From contig MU058418.1 of the NCBI GenBank assembly GCA_013265495.1, positions 1,700,917 to 1,764,916 of the forward strand: DNA of 64,000 bases, read 5' to 3'. The notes under the pieces are model-generated. The model saw only the letters and a list, made by a program, of their open reading frames with translations. It was not told where the DNA came from and searched no databases. Position numbers and translations under genes: made by a program. Each line of letters starts with the position of its first letter. Position 1 is the first letter of the stretch. Source of the stretch: Vicugna vicugna (lineage: Eukaryota). Shown here one piece after another: positions 28,268-40,172 of this stretch.

Positions 28268-28742
28268 TGTCAGTATTCTCTATCTGCCTCTCCCAGTTGT
28301 CTTTCTGACCTACTCTACCTTGCTTTGTGCTTCAAAATGCTCACCTCTATGGGCTGTATCACTGGGGTTCCTTTACCATTTGGCTTATAACTACATAATT
28401 CCGATGGGAGGCTCTCACAGGTTGAAAGGCAGGGGGAAGAAGGCCAGGGTATTTATTCCTCCATGTATCTCCCTGCCAGGCTGAGGACTAGCAGTGAGTA
28501 TATTCTTATCCTGAAGGCCACAGTTCCTGTTAGGCAGGCATCCTTCTCCTACAGCTGAAAATCTCATTGGGTTCCTGTAACTACTCCCAACCCTTGCCCC
28601 TTGAGATTTACAGTTGTTACTAGTCCAATATGCTTATCACCTCACTGGCTTCCCTTAACTCTGCCTACACCTTCATTAAACTCTCTTCAGACAACCCATC
28701 TGAGTGTGCCATCTATTTCCTGCCAGGATCTCGGCTGATTCA
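28268..28742 (+). mobile_element. Old ERVL LTR (LTR33-like)
   Basis: TG...CA ends; ATTAAACTCTCTTC and TGAGTGTGCCATCTATTTCCTGCCAGGA 3' motifs. Confidence 0.7.
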
Positions 28743-28744
28743 GC

Positions 28745-29870
28745 AGGGAGGAAAATAAACTGATTAAAAATTATATTGACATCCTCAGATAAAAGTGAAT
28801 AAAATACTCATAATACAAGAATTGGTTGTTCTGAGAAAGGAACAATCAGAATGAATTCTTGAAAATTAAAAACATGACTGCTGAATAAACATGTCAATAG
28901 AAGCACTGAATAACAGAACCAGGCTGAAGAGCAAATTTGTGATTTGGAAGGCAAATTTCAGAGAACTCTCCAAGGTGTACAGTAAAAAGGACAAAAAAAG
29001 AAAGACATGAGAAAAGGTTAAGATGCAGCTCTGACACTTACCTAACAGTAGGTCAAAAAGGACAAATATAACAGAGATAATGGCGGAAAAAAATAATGTA
29101 AGAATAATTTAAGATTCAAATCTTTATATTGAAAGGCCCCAAGTGTAATGGATTAATAATAAAAGGTAAGTAGATGGCAGGGGAGATACCATGATCACGA
29201 AGGTGGTTTTCCCAGGGCAAGGCTTATCCATTGCACTCCAGATGTGCTGACCCCTGCAATTTCCCCAAATGTGGGAAACTCGACTGCATAATTTGTGGTA
29301 GTGAGGGACTGCGTTCGCGCTCTCCCCAAAAAAGAGAAAAAAAAATAATAAAAGGTAAGTAGAGAGAAACACACATTCTAACATATACAAATGATATTTC
29401 AAAACTCTGAGGAAGAATAAAAACATCTTAAGCTCCCAGAATGTCCTTGCTTTTAGGAGATACACAATAAAATATTTAGGGGTGAAGTGTTTGTAACTTT
29501 TAAGTTCAGCAAAAGAAGAGGAAAAAATTAGAGAAAGCCATTGTGGCAAAATGTTACTATGTGAATTTAGGTGAAGGGTATGTGGTATTCACGGATTATT
29601 CTTTGAATTGTTCAATAGATTTTAAAAGTTGGAGAAAAAAGAAAAGACTCCCAGAGAGAGGTAAAATAAAACAACCAAAACAAAGTTTCATAAAAAAGAA
29701 TGAGATTCAGACTGGCATAAGACTTCTCATTATAAATACTAGATGTTAGAAAATGATGGAACAATGTCTTCACAGTTCTGAGAAATGATTTTAACCTGAA
29801 CTTCTAGTGAACTATAATAAAACCTGAGGGCAAAGTAAAAACAAATATACGAAGGCCAGAAGGCTTAATT
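28745..29870 (+). mobile_element. Ancient L1 ORF1 remnant hosting the U1 retrocopy and an L1 3' fragment (about 29440-29640)
   Basis: A-rich decayed ORF1 with AGACTGGCATAAGACTTCTCA and ATGGAACAATGTCTTCACAGTTCTGAGA. Confidence 0.65.
29175..29327 (+). pseudogene. RNU1: U1 snRNA processed retrocopy (U1 nt 10-162) with A-rich tail and 20-bp TSD
   Basis: TGGCAGGGGAGATACCATGATCACGAAGG...AATTTGTGG (Sm site)...GCGTTCGCGCTCTCCCC. Three CpG-to-CpA changes and one G-to-A versus recalled U1. Tail at 29328-29343. TSD AATAATAAAAGGTAAGTAGA at 29155-29174 and 29344-29363. Confidence 0.96.
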
Positions 29871-30864
29871 CCCAAACACTGTTTAAGAAAAAAACAATAC
29901 CGAGTTTATGCAATCTAAACAACACAGCAGTAAAATAATTAAATGAAAAACTAGTTGAAACTGCATCTTCTTTACTATCATGCTAGTCCAAAAAAGTTGT
30001 TATCAATTATTGCTAAAACACTGCAACAGCCTTTTAATTGGTCTTCATGTTTCCATTGTTGTACCCCCCCATCCATTCCCACACAGGAACCAATATAATT
30101 TTATTACAATTTAATATTCTATTTTATTTTTTTTAATGTAGGTAATATATTCACATTGAATAAATTCATTCATATGATTTGAAAACAGAAGGTACAAAAA
30201 GGCATTACTTTACCTTGTTTTGTGCTTCAAAATACTCACCTCTATGAACTGTATCATTGGGGTGACCAATGTCATTGAGACCCAGACAATGAGGTCCCTG
30301 TACTTTAGAAGGCCCACTGTAGGTCTCTTTCAGGTGTACCCCTCCAATAGGTGAAAAGTCCACAGAGCCAACAGCCCATACCCCTCCAGACCACGCTCCA
30401 GGTACTTGAACCCTGGGAATCTTTGCCCAAATGGGCTAAGCCCTCTCCCAGGCCTGCATATGGGTTGCCCTTTCAATGGTTGAACATAGGGGCCATCAGG
30501 AGACCCCTAGGTCCAGGGACTGGGCAAACGGTAGCTGTATGTGGAGTAATATAGAGTCCTGATGTGAGGGCAGGGTCCAACTTTCACGATATGCCTGAGT
30601 GTGGGGTTGGGGTAGGAGGATAGGGTAGACAGGTTACATGCTGGCTGTATCTGAGTGAGCATGGGAAAAGGTATACTGCAAAAAGCATCAGTCCCATCTC
30701 TGTCCCCAGCCAAAAGGTTTCCCTTTCCAGAGACAATTACTGCTTCTGACACAAGAGTGATCATTTTAAATAACGAATCTAATAATGCAGTCTCCAATCT
30801 AAAATATTTTAGTAGTTCTCCATTACTGTTAGGATAAAATCCAGAATCCTTAAAATGGTCACCA

Positions 30865-31015
30865 TAGTGCTTCTCAAACTATAATGTGCATTAGAGTTAC
30901 TTGGGGATTAAAGTCTGATTCAGTAGTACTGGGGTGAGGTCTGAGATTCTGCATTTCTAACAACTTCCTATATAACATAGATGCTGCTGGTCTGTAAACC
31001 ACAGTACGGAGGGAC
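30865..31015. mobile_element. hAT-Charlie MITE (MER5-like)
   Basis: AGTGCTTCTCAAACT...TGATTCAGTAG...TGAGATTCTGCATTTCTAACAA. Confidence 0.8.
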
Positions 31016-32032
31016 TAAAGAGATTAACATTCCTTTTGAAGCTAAAATTTCAGCTACCCCAGTTAGGGAAAGACTTTTCTCCTGGTCTACCTACCTCATT
31101 TTAAGAGAAGCTGCAGCTGGTCTAGGCAGATGGATGGCAGGGTGGACAGAAATTGACAATTAGTAATAATAACTAACATTTATTCATTCACTCAACAAAT
31201 ATTTATTGGACATCTGTTTGTAGCTGTTAGCACTGGCTTAGAGAGTTCAGTCATGAATAAGAAAAAGTCTCCCTCTTCATGGAGTTTACCAACTAGTAAG
31301 GCAGACAGAATCACCAAGTGAGTGAGTAACAATGTTAGGTAATGTTTGGGGCTAAAAAGAAAAATAAATCAAAATAAGGAGCTAGGAAATAAGAAGACTT
31401 GCTATTTTTGAGGCATATACAGAATAAATTTAATGTTTTTGCCATACTAAGTACTAAGGCAGGAACTGTGCTGAATACCTTCAAGAGATAAACGTGTCAT
31501 TATCTCATTAATATGAGGCACTATTGTGTTATTTTGCAGATAATAAAACTGAAGCATAGAGATGTTAAGTAACTTGCCCAAGGTGAAACAGCTGGGCAGA
31601 ACCAGGATAAGGACCCTGGCAGTCTGGCTATTACCAATTTCTGTATTAATTAGCTTCTGCTGAGGGAAAACACAACTCCTAAATCTCAGTGGCTTACAAA
31701 TAATGTATTTCTTTCTCATGTTACACAAGGGCTGGAGCTCTACTGTGCTCAGCCGGGTTCCTTGTGCCTTAACATTTTTGAAGCAAGACTTGTACTTTTA
31801 ACCTCTGAACTGCCAGATGTGGGCCTGCAGTTTATGACAAACATAACTAACTCAAGTACCAATATCACCAGATACACACAAGAGGATCAGCAGACCAACA
31901 GGGACAAGCTAACACTGAATCAACAAAAGTTTCCCTTTGTTGGTTTAAAACTCCCAAATTTTAATCACTTAAACTTTTTTCTAAAGTTTAAGGAAATTAA
32001 GTTTAATAAGCAGTAGGTCACTCTACTTTTAG

Positions 32033-32192
32033 CAGTAGTTCTTAATCTTTTGGGGTTATAATCTCTTTGAAAATCTGACATAACTTGGGCTCTCTCCCAG
32101 GAAAAAATGCTCATCAGTCAACACAATTTTGCATTCAATTTAAAAGTTACACAGGCTCCTAGAAAAAGCAAAATCCTCAGTTTGAGAACTCT
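32033..32192. mobile_element. hAT-Charlie MITE remnant
   Basis: CAGTAGTTCTTAATCT...AGTTTGAGAACTCT imperfect terminal inverted repeats. Confidence 0.6.
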
Positions 32193-32330
32193 TAAATGGC
32201 AGCATCTGTCAAAATAAATATCTGTTCTGAAAACTTCCTTCTACTCCCTGGTAAACAACAGTTTTTCTCTTTAATAATTATTTCATTAATTATTAGATAG
32301 TTAACTATTTATAATCAAAAACAGTTTTTT

Positions 32331-32495
32331 GGGGGGAGGGTATAGCTCAGCGGTAGAATGTGTGCTTAGCATGCACGAGGTCCTGGCTTCAATTCCTAGT
32401 ACCTCTATTACAAATACATAAATAAATAAACCTAATTACCTCCTCCACCAAAAAAATGTTGAAAAAAAATTTTTTAAAGCTTTAAAAAAAAAAAA
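32331..32495 (+). mobile_element. tRNA-Ala-derived SINE (Vic-1 type)
   Basis: Head ...GCTTAGCATGCACGAGGTCCTGG..., AAACCTAATTACC motif, A-tail, and ACAGTTTT on both flanks. Confidence 0.9.
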
Positions 32496-33850
32496 CCACA
32501 CAGTTTTGTTATCTAAAACAGTTCTGCTGCAAAAAAGAACAAGGGCCTACCGAACTGTTAAGAATTACTTATTTCAGCTTCCCTGGAGGCAAATTTTACT
32601 TATCGATTAACTGTGTGTGAATTAGCCATCAATATTTTTATTTTATGGTGGCTGACTTTCCCTCTATATTCAGTGGCTTATAAGTATGTTGTTGAATATA
32701 CAACACTGGTCCTTCAGAAGTACAAGTATAATTATAAATTATTGCAAGTCACATAAAATTTGTTTTTAGAGGAAGGTAAATTTGCTCCCTCCTCCCCCAA
32801 ATCATGAAACTTTCATAGTGTATTGCTAATCTTACTCTATTTTCTTTATAAAGAGAATACTAAAAAATTAAAAAACAAACAGTGAAGCAACCAAACAAGT
32901 TGTAACTTTTGATACTTGATGCCCCATGTTTCCTTATACAATTACTAAATCATAATCTGGTTAACTCTCATTGATACAACATATCCAAATTATTACATTA
33001 CAATACAAGGAGTTTAAAGTGAACAGGGCTATAAGGATGCTTACATAAACAAGGCCAGCTGTGTTTGTGATTTGATCTACATTACCTTTTTTCTTTTTAC
33101 CAAGTATAGTACTTTTTAAATTGAAGTATATACATTATCTTGAAAGAGAGCTAAGACTGTGATAGTTGACCATAGAATCATTTAAAAATAGGCATTTTTA
33201 TTATTTTTTCAATTAAAAATGACAATAATACTTTAATTAAACAGATCTAGGGACAAATATAAATGAACAAGTAAATATATTATTTGCATTCAACAGAATC
33301 AATAATAAAATATTCTTTAATTTTGAGAAGCAGTAGAGTGTTCAGATGAATAAAACAAACTCCAGAGACTAAATGCCTAGCTTGAATCTCAGCTCTGCCA
33401 CTAATCAGGTGAACAGGGGCATGTTAGGTAACTTCTCTGCACCTCAGCTTCCTCATTAAACGGGTGAGTTAATGGATGAACGCAAGTATGGAACTTAGAA
33501 TGGCACCTGGAAAAACAAGTCCAAGCACTAGAATGTAAGCTCTATAAGGGGAATGATTTTTATCTCTTTTGACCACTGATGTATGTAGTGCCTAAAGGAA
33601 GTAGGTGCTCAAAAACTTATTTGTGGAATGAATGACTGATACCACTATTATTAATATGGTGATTTCTGGATAGATAAAAAAACTGAACCAGTTAAGATCA
33701 GCTATTTAAACTTGGAAACCTTCCCCTTCTCCCCAAACTCCTTCCCTCTAAAACAAAATGGAAACATAAGCATTCTTATGTTGCACACCCAACTCTCCTA
33801 AGGCCAAAAGGTTCAAAATACGATTGATAAACTAGATTTCAGTTGGGCAA

Positions 33851-33869
33851 GGGTGCCATCTAGTGCTCA
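33851..33869 (-). promoter_or_regulatory. Candidate CTCF site
   Basis: Minus strand TGAGCACTAGATGGCACCC resembles the CTCF core CCACTAGRKGGCRC, in non-repetitive sequence. Confidence 0.5.
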
Positions 33870-35191
33870 TACAAGCTACAACAAGCTGAGAATTTGGAGA
33901 AAATTTTCAGTTTGATGAAGGGGAAAAAAACCCACAAATGCAAGACTCATTAGGAAAAAAATTCGCTCTATCAACAGCCAAAGTCTTTAAAATAAAGGTA
34001 TTTCTAAACAAAATTAAAGAATTGAAGCTTTTTAAAATTAGTATTTACCATATTAGAAGACACATTTCAGAGAGTATACTGAAGTTCTACTTATATAAAA
34101 GTTATCCTACTATGAATAAAGGTGTATTGAGCTTATTTTCCTTTCAATAACATGTGTTTTTTGGTCTTATTAAAAGAAACAGAAGTAACCACTATAAAAA
34201 TTTTGGAAAAATGTAGAAAAGTATAAACCATAGCCCAAAGTTAAGTACTATTAGCTTCTGGAGATTTTATATATATAGATATAGCCCCTAGATTTAAAAT
34301 ACACATGGGAAAAATACTTTAATTTTTGTCAACTATTTGGCCAAATATAAAAAATGAAATATGAGAAAATGATAAATAATTTTAAAACTAAAATTAAGAG
34401 CTTTCCCTACAGTTGAAAAACCCTAGCTTCAACATTGTATTCAGTGGGATAAAATTTTTTTAAAAAAGAATTGCTATCAGTTATGTAATCTTTTTGGTCT
34501 GGTTTTGCAAGAGCAAAAATTCATGAGGATTGGGGCTTGTAAAATGAAAAAACAGAAATTATTTCATCTGTTCCCTTTCAGATATCATTAAATTGATAGT
34601 AAAGTATACCAATATGAGTTTGGGAGATTTGAATAACAATTTGGGTTTGTAGTAATGTTTATTCATTTGCGAATGCTCATAAAGTTTTGGGCTTTATTTT
34701 TAATTCCCTTTCCCTTCAAATCATAGACAGAGTTTATTAGGTAATCATTAAATGATAAAAAGAAAGCTGTCTGCCACTTCCTACCTTTTGGACAAATGCA
34801 GTTTTGCATTTAGTTCAAAGAATGGGAAGCAGGGAATTCCCTAGGATTGCACAGGAATAATGGGGGACAGAAAAGTCTTGGGGGAAGATGAAGAAGAAAG
34901 ATCAAGAAGCTACTAGAGGGAGGTGGGCAGACCTCTCCAACTGAACCTTGGTAGGCTCCAATCAGTGAGGCAGCAGGGCCTTGGGAAGGGCGTCCATCGG
35001 CCAGGTTAGGGTGAGGCTCCTCTATCCAGAGACTGAAAGGTTGGGGAAAGGGCAGAGCCTAAGCTCATACTATCACTTGCTGGACTGCACTCTCTTCCAG
35101 ACATTAATTAGGTTCCTGGGCATATAACCTAAATCACAGCTCTCTTCACAGTATGCAGGAAGGCCCACTCTTCCCAGCACCTAGGAGGTAG

Positions 35192-35757
35192 GTTGTTGTT
35201 GCAGGCTGCTTTAAAATGGCTCCCAGTGACCCCTACCCTGTCTCCTGGTACTCACTCCATTCTGCAATCTGTTCTCCTTGAGTATAAGCTGGATCTTGTG
35301 TTTTGCTTTGAATGAACAGATTAAGGCAGAAGTGATGGCATGTCTCATTCAAGATTAGGTTATAATAGACTGTGACTTCTGCCTTACTGGCACTCTTTTG
35401 CCAGTGCCTTGTCTCTGGCTCTTCTTGGGTGCCTTCACTGAAGAAGCAAATGCAGAGGCCAACATGACAAAGAACTGAGAGAGCTGCCAGTCAACTACCA
35501 GCAAGTAACTGAGGTTCTCAATCCAACAGCTCTCAAGGAACTGAATTCTTCCAACAAAGATGTAAGCTTGAAAGCCAGTTGAGCCATCAGATGAGACCAC
35601 AGCCCTGGCCGACACATTAATTGCAGCCTCATGGGAGACCATGAAGCAACAGTCCTAGCTAAACTTAAACCAAATTCCTGACCCACAGAAATTGTGAGAT
35701 AATAAATGTGTATTATTTTAAACCACCATATTTGTTATGAAGCAATAGAGAACTAAT
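35192..35757 (+). mobile_element. MaLR LTR, MLT1F-like
   Basis: Related to 14232-14729 (AATGGCTCCCAGTGACCC...TTGTTATGAAGCAATAGAGAACTAAT). Confidence 0.8.
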
Positions 35758-38700
35758 TTGGTTGTTAAACAAAGAAAAGCTGCTCAACTCCACCTGACAG
35801 ATCATACCCTGAATCTCTACAGCTGGCTATGGCAGCCTCCCCAGTCACCACCAAGGCCCCTGCTTGTCCCCTTGGCACAACTGGGCACTTATTTTATGGG
35901 TTTACAGATTAGGTTCTCCTCAGTTCACTTGCCTAGTCTCTCTCTCCCACCCAAGGGCTTCTGTACCTTCAACATCTGAAATAAACAACAGAACATCTGA
36001 GCAAACTTCCTAGATCCATGCTTCAGTGACCAGACTAGCTTGAAATCTAAGTGCATGTGTGGTTTCTAACATAAATACTCATCCTGACGATATATTACTT
36101 ATTTTATTGCCTTTTGGACTTTCTGTTTACTGTTTACCAACTGGTATGAAAATACTTTAGTACTTTAACAAGCACTGTTGTGCCAATGCATACTGACTGA
36201 ACATCAGCCCCAATTTATGCTGAAAGGTTAATTCTTCAGACAATATTTAAGCTCCTCATTCTATTTCCCTTCAATGAGTTTTTAAATATAATTAATGTAA
36301 CTTTTACAACTTCTTTTAGCCAGCTCCATCTTTAAATTATGATGGTATTACCACATGGAAACTGCCAAAGCTAGAATTTTTTTATTTATAATACCCAACA
36401 GTATAGTGAGAAGAAACCTTGACAAAAATCATAGTTACATGTTCATACATGCACTGACAGATGGCAAAAGGGAAATTAAAAGAAGGCCACAAAAAGGAAA
36501 CAAAAATGAGGCCAAAAGTTAGTCTGCAGGAAAGAACAATTGAGCATTAGTTACAGGCAGTCATAAGAGGTTTGGCTTGGTCATGTTGGGGATAGAAGCA
36601 GTGTGTACTTGTGTAAACAAACAGATAAGCTGAGAAGAAAAGTTAATTATTACATTAAAATCTATTTGCTCCACTAAGCTATCTTTATTGTCCCAATCCA
36701 TCCTGATCTTTCCTTGCTCTGAATGACTATGACATACAATATGTCACACAATTTTTTCACATTGATTTTAAGTCATTTTCCAATATAAAATACGTGAGCA
36801 TGAACAAAAACAAAAAGACTATAGGAAAACAGATTAGTGGTTAAGAACATGTACTTAGAAGTCAGACATGCCACCTGACTCTCAGTATTCACTACTTGGG
36901 AAAAGTTGCTTAATCTTTCTGTTTCTTCATCTATAAAATGAAAAACTCACATCACAGAACTGTTGTAGGTATAAAACTAGATACTACAGGGAAATGAGCC
37001 TTGAAAGGAAGTGTATGGATGGTTTGCACAAATTCTTCCATAATATGAAATATAAACTTCAAATTTAAAAAGGCAATAGTGCAGGAAGAATTTGGTTCTG
37101 CAGATCTGGTGTGACCCAGACAGTGTCACCAGCAAGTTGCACCACATTTAGGAGCCCTGGGGGCCAAGGAAAGAAGCACCCAAGGCAACTGTAAGTAATT
37201 CTTCCCAATCTTTTGAGAAGTTCCTGTCTTGCTAGCTAAATAAATCAAATTTAATCTAATTTTGCAGTGAATGGGTACATTCATATTTGTATATTTGTTT
37301 TGTTTTGGGAAGATACCTTTCTGAAAATATGTAGCCCACCTGAAATCTTGCCAATGTTACATGTAAAACACTTATAACAAAGCCTGGCATATAGTAAACA
37401 CTCAAGAAAATTATTTATTAATGATTATTGTTATAAAAAGAAAAATTAAAATCTCTAATAATTTGACCCCTAAAAGAGAAGCAGGGTTACTATTTTGGCA
37501 CATGCAGGTTTCCTAACATTTTACCCTCTCTATAAAAATACATGTATTTGGTATACTATTTTAAAAGTTGTTTTTCCACTTAAATATATGATTTTTTCTT
37601 ATATATTTTAAAACTTTCAATAGCTGCATAATATTTCTTTAAACAGATGTACCATAATTTAATTAATTGGTATTTAGTTACTGGATATTTAGATTATTTA
37701 CTTATATATACAAATACATATAGGTCATACATTTATATCATAAATAGTAGTATACAAATTATCATCATATATAAATGTTTTTCAGATGACTTCCTAGATA
37801 TGGAATTACTATGTACAAACTTGCCCACCAACAGCTGCACTGTTATCAACATACTACCATAAAATTTAACATTTTGAGTGACAGTCTTGATTTGTTCTTA
37901 ATCTTTTTTCAATTAATCATTGCAAAATTCTTAATGGTAATAGGGGTTGTTTTCAACTTCTTTCTATATATCCCATAGGACCAGAACAGTGTCAGGCACA
38001 AAGACAGATTTAAAATGAATTCTTACTAACCCTGTTATTAAGTATTTTAAGAAAAGAAAAGGAACCATAATTTGTTTCATTCCAACCAATAAAAAGCATC
38101 TAATATAAATAGGAAGTACTAAAACGACAGAATATTTATCTCAAGGCTTGACTCTTCACATCTTACCATACATCTATTTCCAAGTTTAAAGAAGGAGCCA
38201 TCGAAGACTAGCATAGATTAGACCTTATAATCTGAATACATCTCTTAATCTAAATAATCATCATTAATGATTTACTTACAACAATAAAATGCACTAAAGG
38301 GAATAAAACAATAATAGTAAAACAAAATCAAGATTAAAATACTCTTGCTTGGTGGAAGAGCCAAATACAACTCTAGCTTAGTTTTGTTTAGAAAATTATC
38401 TTTATATGTTCAACTGAAAAAATAAAGAAAAGGGCTTGCTAGACACTCATACTCTAATACTTAGTACAGGCCCAACTGTGCAACATTTGTTTAAATCTTC
38501 AGTATCTAAGGAAGATAAACTAAACTTCTAACACAGCATTTAGGGAAAAAAGCAAATGTAATCATTTGTCAGCAGCTGTCAGTAGTGAAGGAAGGATAAT
38601 ATTTAGATTTTCCATATTCTTTGACAAGGTTTGTGACCATAATCATTTTGTTTCATCATGCCATACTAGATTTTTAGTGAACATGTAATAGATACCAAAA

Positions 38701-39981
38701 CTCTGACCTAACAAATGGTATGCAAAAGTATACAGAATGGTACTTACTACTATGAACTTGAAAATATTTTGTGCTTAGTACAGTTACAATGGGACTTACC
38801 CATTATTTTTATAATATTTAATATTTACAAATATCAGTGAAATATTTTAAAATTCAATTTGTAACATATAGGCAGCAAAGTTAAGAATGCCTAAACAATA
38901 ATGTTAGTTTAAGAACAGTTCAAACTGGTAACTAACTTCTTAAAATCATTTTGTAATTTGTTAGTTCATAATTTAAGAAATCAATATTAAAATGTTCCAC
39001 TTCAAGCAGATACATGTACAATTACGGCAGGGACAAGAAAAAGGTACTTTTTACACTATTTTGACATAATCCTTTATGATTCTAGTGATAATTTTCCATA
39101 ATAAATAAAAGAATCCAAAGACTTTCAAGTATTCAAGGAAACATACAAATGGAAAAATGATTTCTATACGAGCTCAAAGTAATGATACAATCTGGACTTG
39201 ATTTCTTTAAAAGACAATTGAGGTCCTTTTTCTTTCTAACTGTAAACAACCTGCTGTATGACATGCAATGCAATACCATATTTTGGGAAACTTCAAACAT
39301 TTATAATTCACAGGAAAAACTCAACACTCCTACACTATTTTTTTTAAGCCTGCAATAGTGCAGTTTTTCAGCTACAAAGCCAGAAGCCAGTTATAAAACC
39401 AGTACTTTTCCACTAGAGTTACTTGTAGGGCGGGGAAGGGGATGTTCAGCACTGCAAACGTTAGGGTCTAAAATAAGATCATTGCAAGGAGTTACTACAA
39501 CACTTGCACTGCCAGCACTGTCATGGCAACAATGAACTAGCTAGGAGAATGCTCTTTTAACATTCAAAGCTAATCTTTGGAAATAGATTACTCATGGAAA
39601 TATACCAAATTTCCTTTAGTTAGTTCACTATAGACATCATCATACTTGGTAATCTCTTAATGTAAAGATAAATCTTTCATACACCATATTTTCAAGCTCA
39701 CAGTCTAGAGCCTTCTTGCAATCAGTTGAAATTTATAATGACAACATAATGAAAATAATGTGCCACATGAAACATGAATATTCGGCAGAGTTCTAATGCA
39801 ATTTCAAGATGGGCCAGGGTTTAAATAAGAATTTGGTATGCAATATAATAACATCTGAGAATGTGTTTTCTCCCAGAAACCAAAGTTTTACATTTCATCC
39901 TGAAGGAAAAATAATTTAGAAAAGACAGTAACATATATTTTCACTATTAGGAAATTTATATTAAATTTTTATTCAGAATGT

Positions 39982-40172
39982 GCAGTATAATGGTGAAAAG
40001 TATGGACTCTGGAGTCTTATTGCCTGGGTTTGAAACCTGGCTCCTCCTCTTACTAAGCTATGATACCTTGGGCAAGTTATTTTACGTTATTTGAGGCTTA
40101 ATTTTTTTCCTGGTGCATAAAATGGGGATAATAATACCTACTCTTACAGTGTTGTGGTGGAGACTGAATGAA
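39982..40172 (+). mobile_element. MIR SINE (further MIRs at about 31500, 33330, 36830, 41050, 41690, 47690, 48600, 58440, 59340, 60060, 60660)
   Basis: MIR core CCTGGGTTTGAAACCTGGCTC...CCTTGGGCAAGTTA...TAAAATGGGGATAATAATACCTAC. Confidence 0.8.

Noticed and set aside
29175..29327. Functional U1 snRNA gene
   Set aside because: It lacks nt 1-9 and the last 2 nt, has an A-tail, a TSD and CpG decay, and no snRNA promoter is recognisable upstream.
32331..32410. Functional tRNA-Ala(AGC) genes at the five tRNA-like heads
   Set aside because: The stems are mutated, and all copies share a SINE tail, A-tail and flanking duplications, so they are SINEs.
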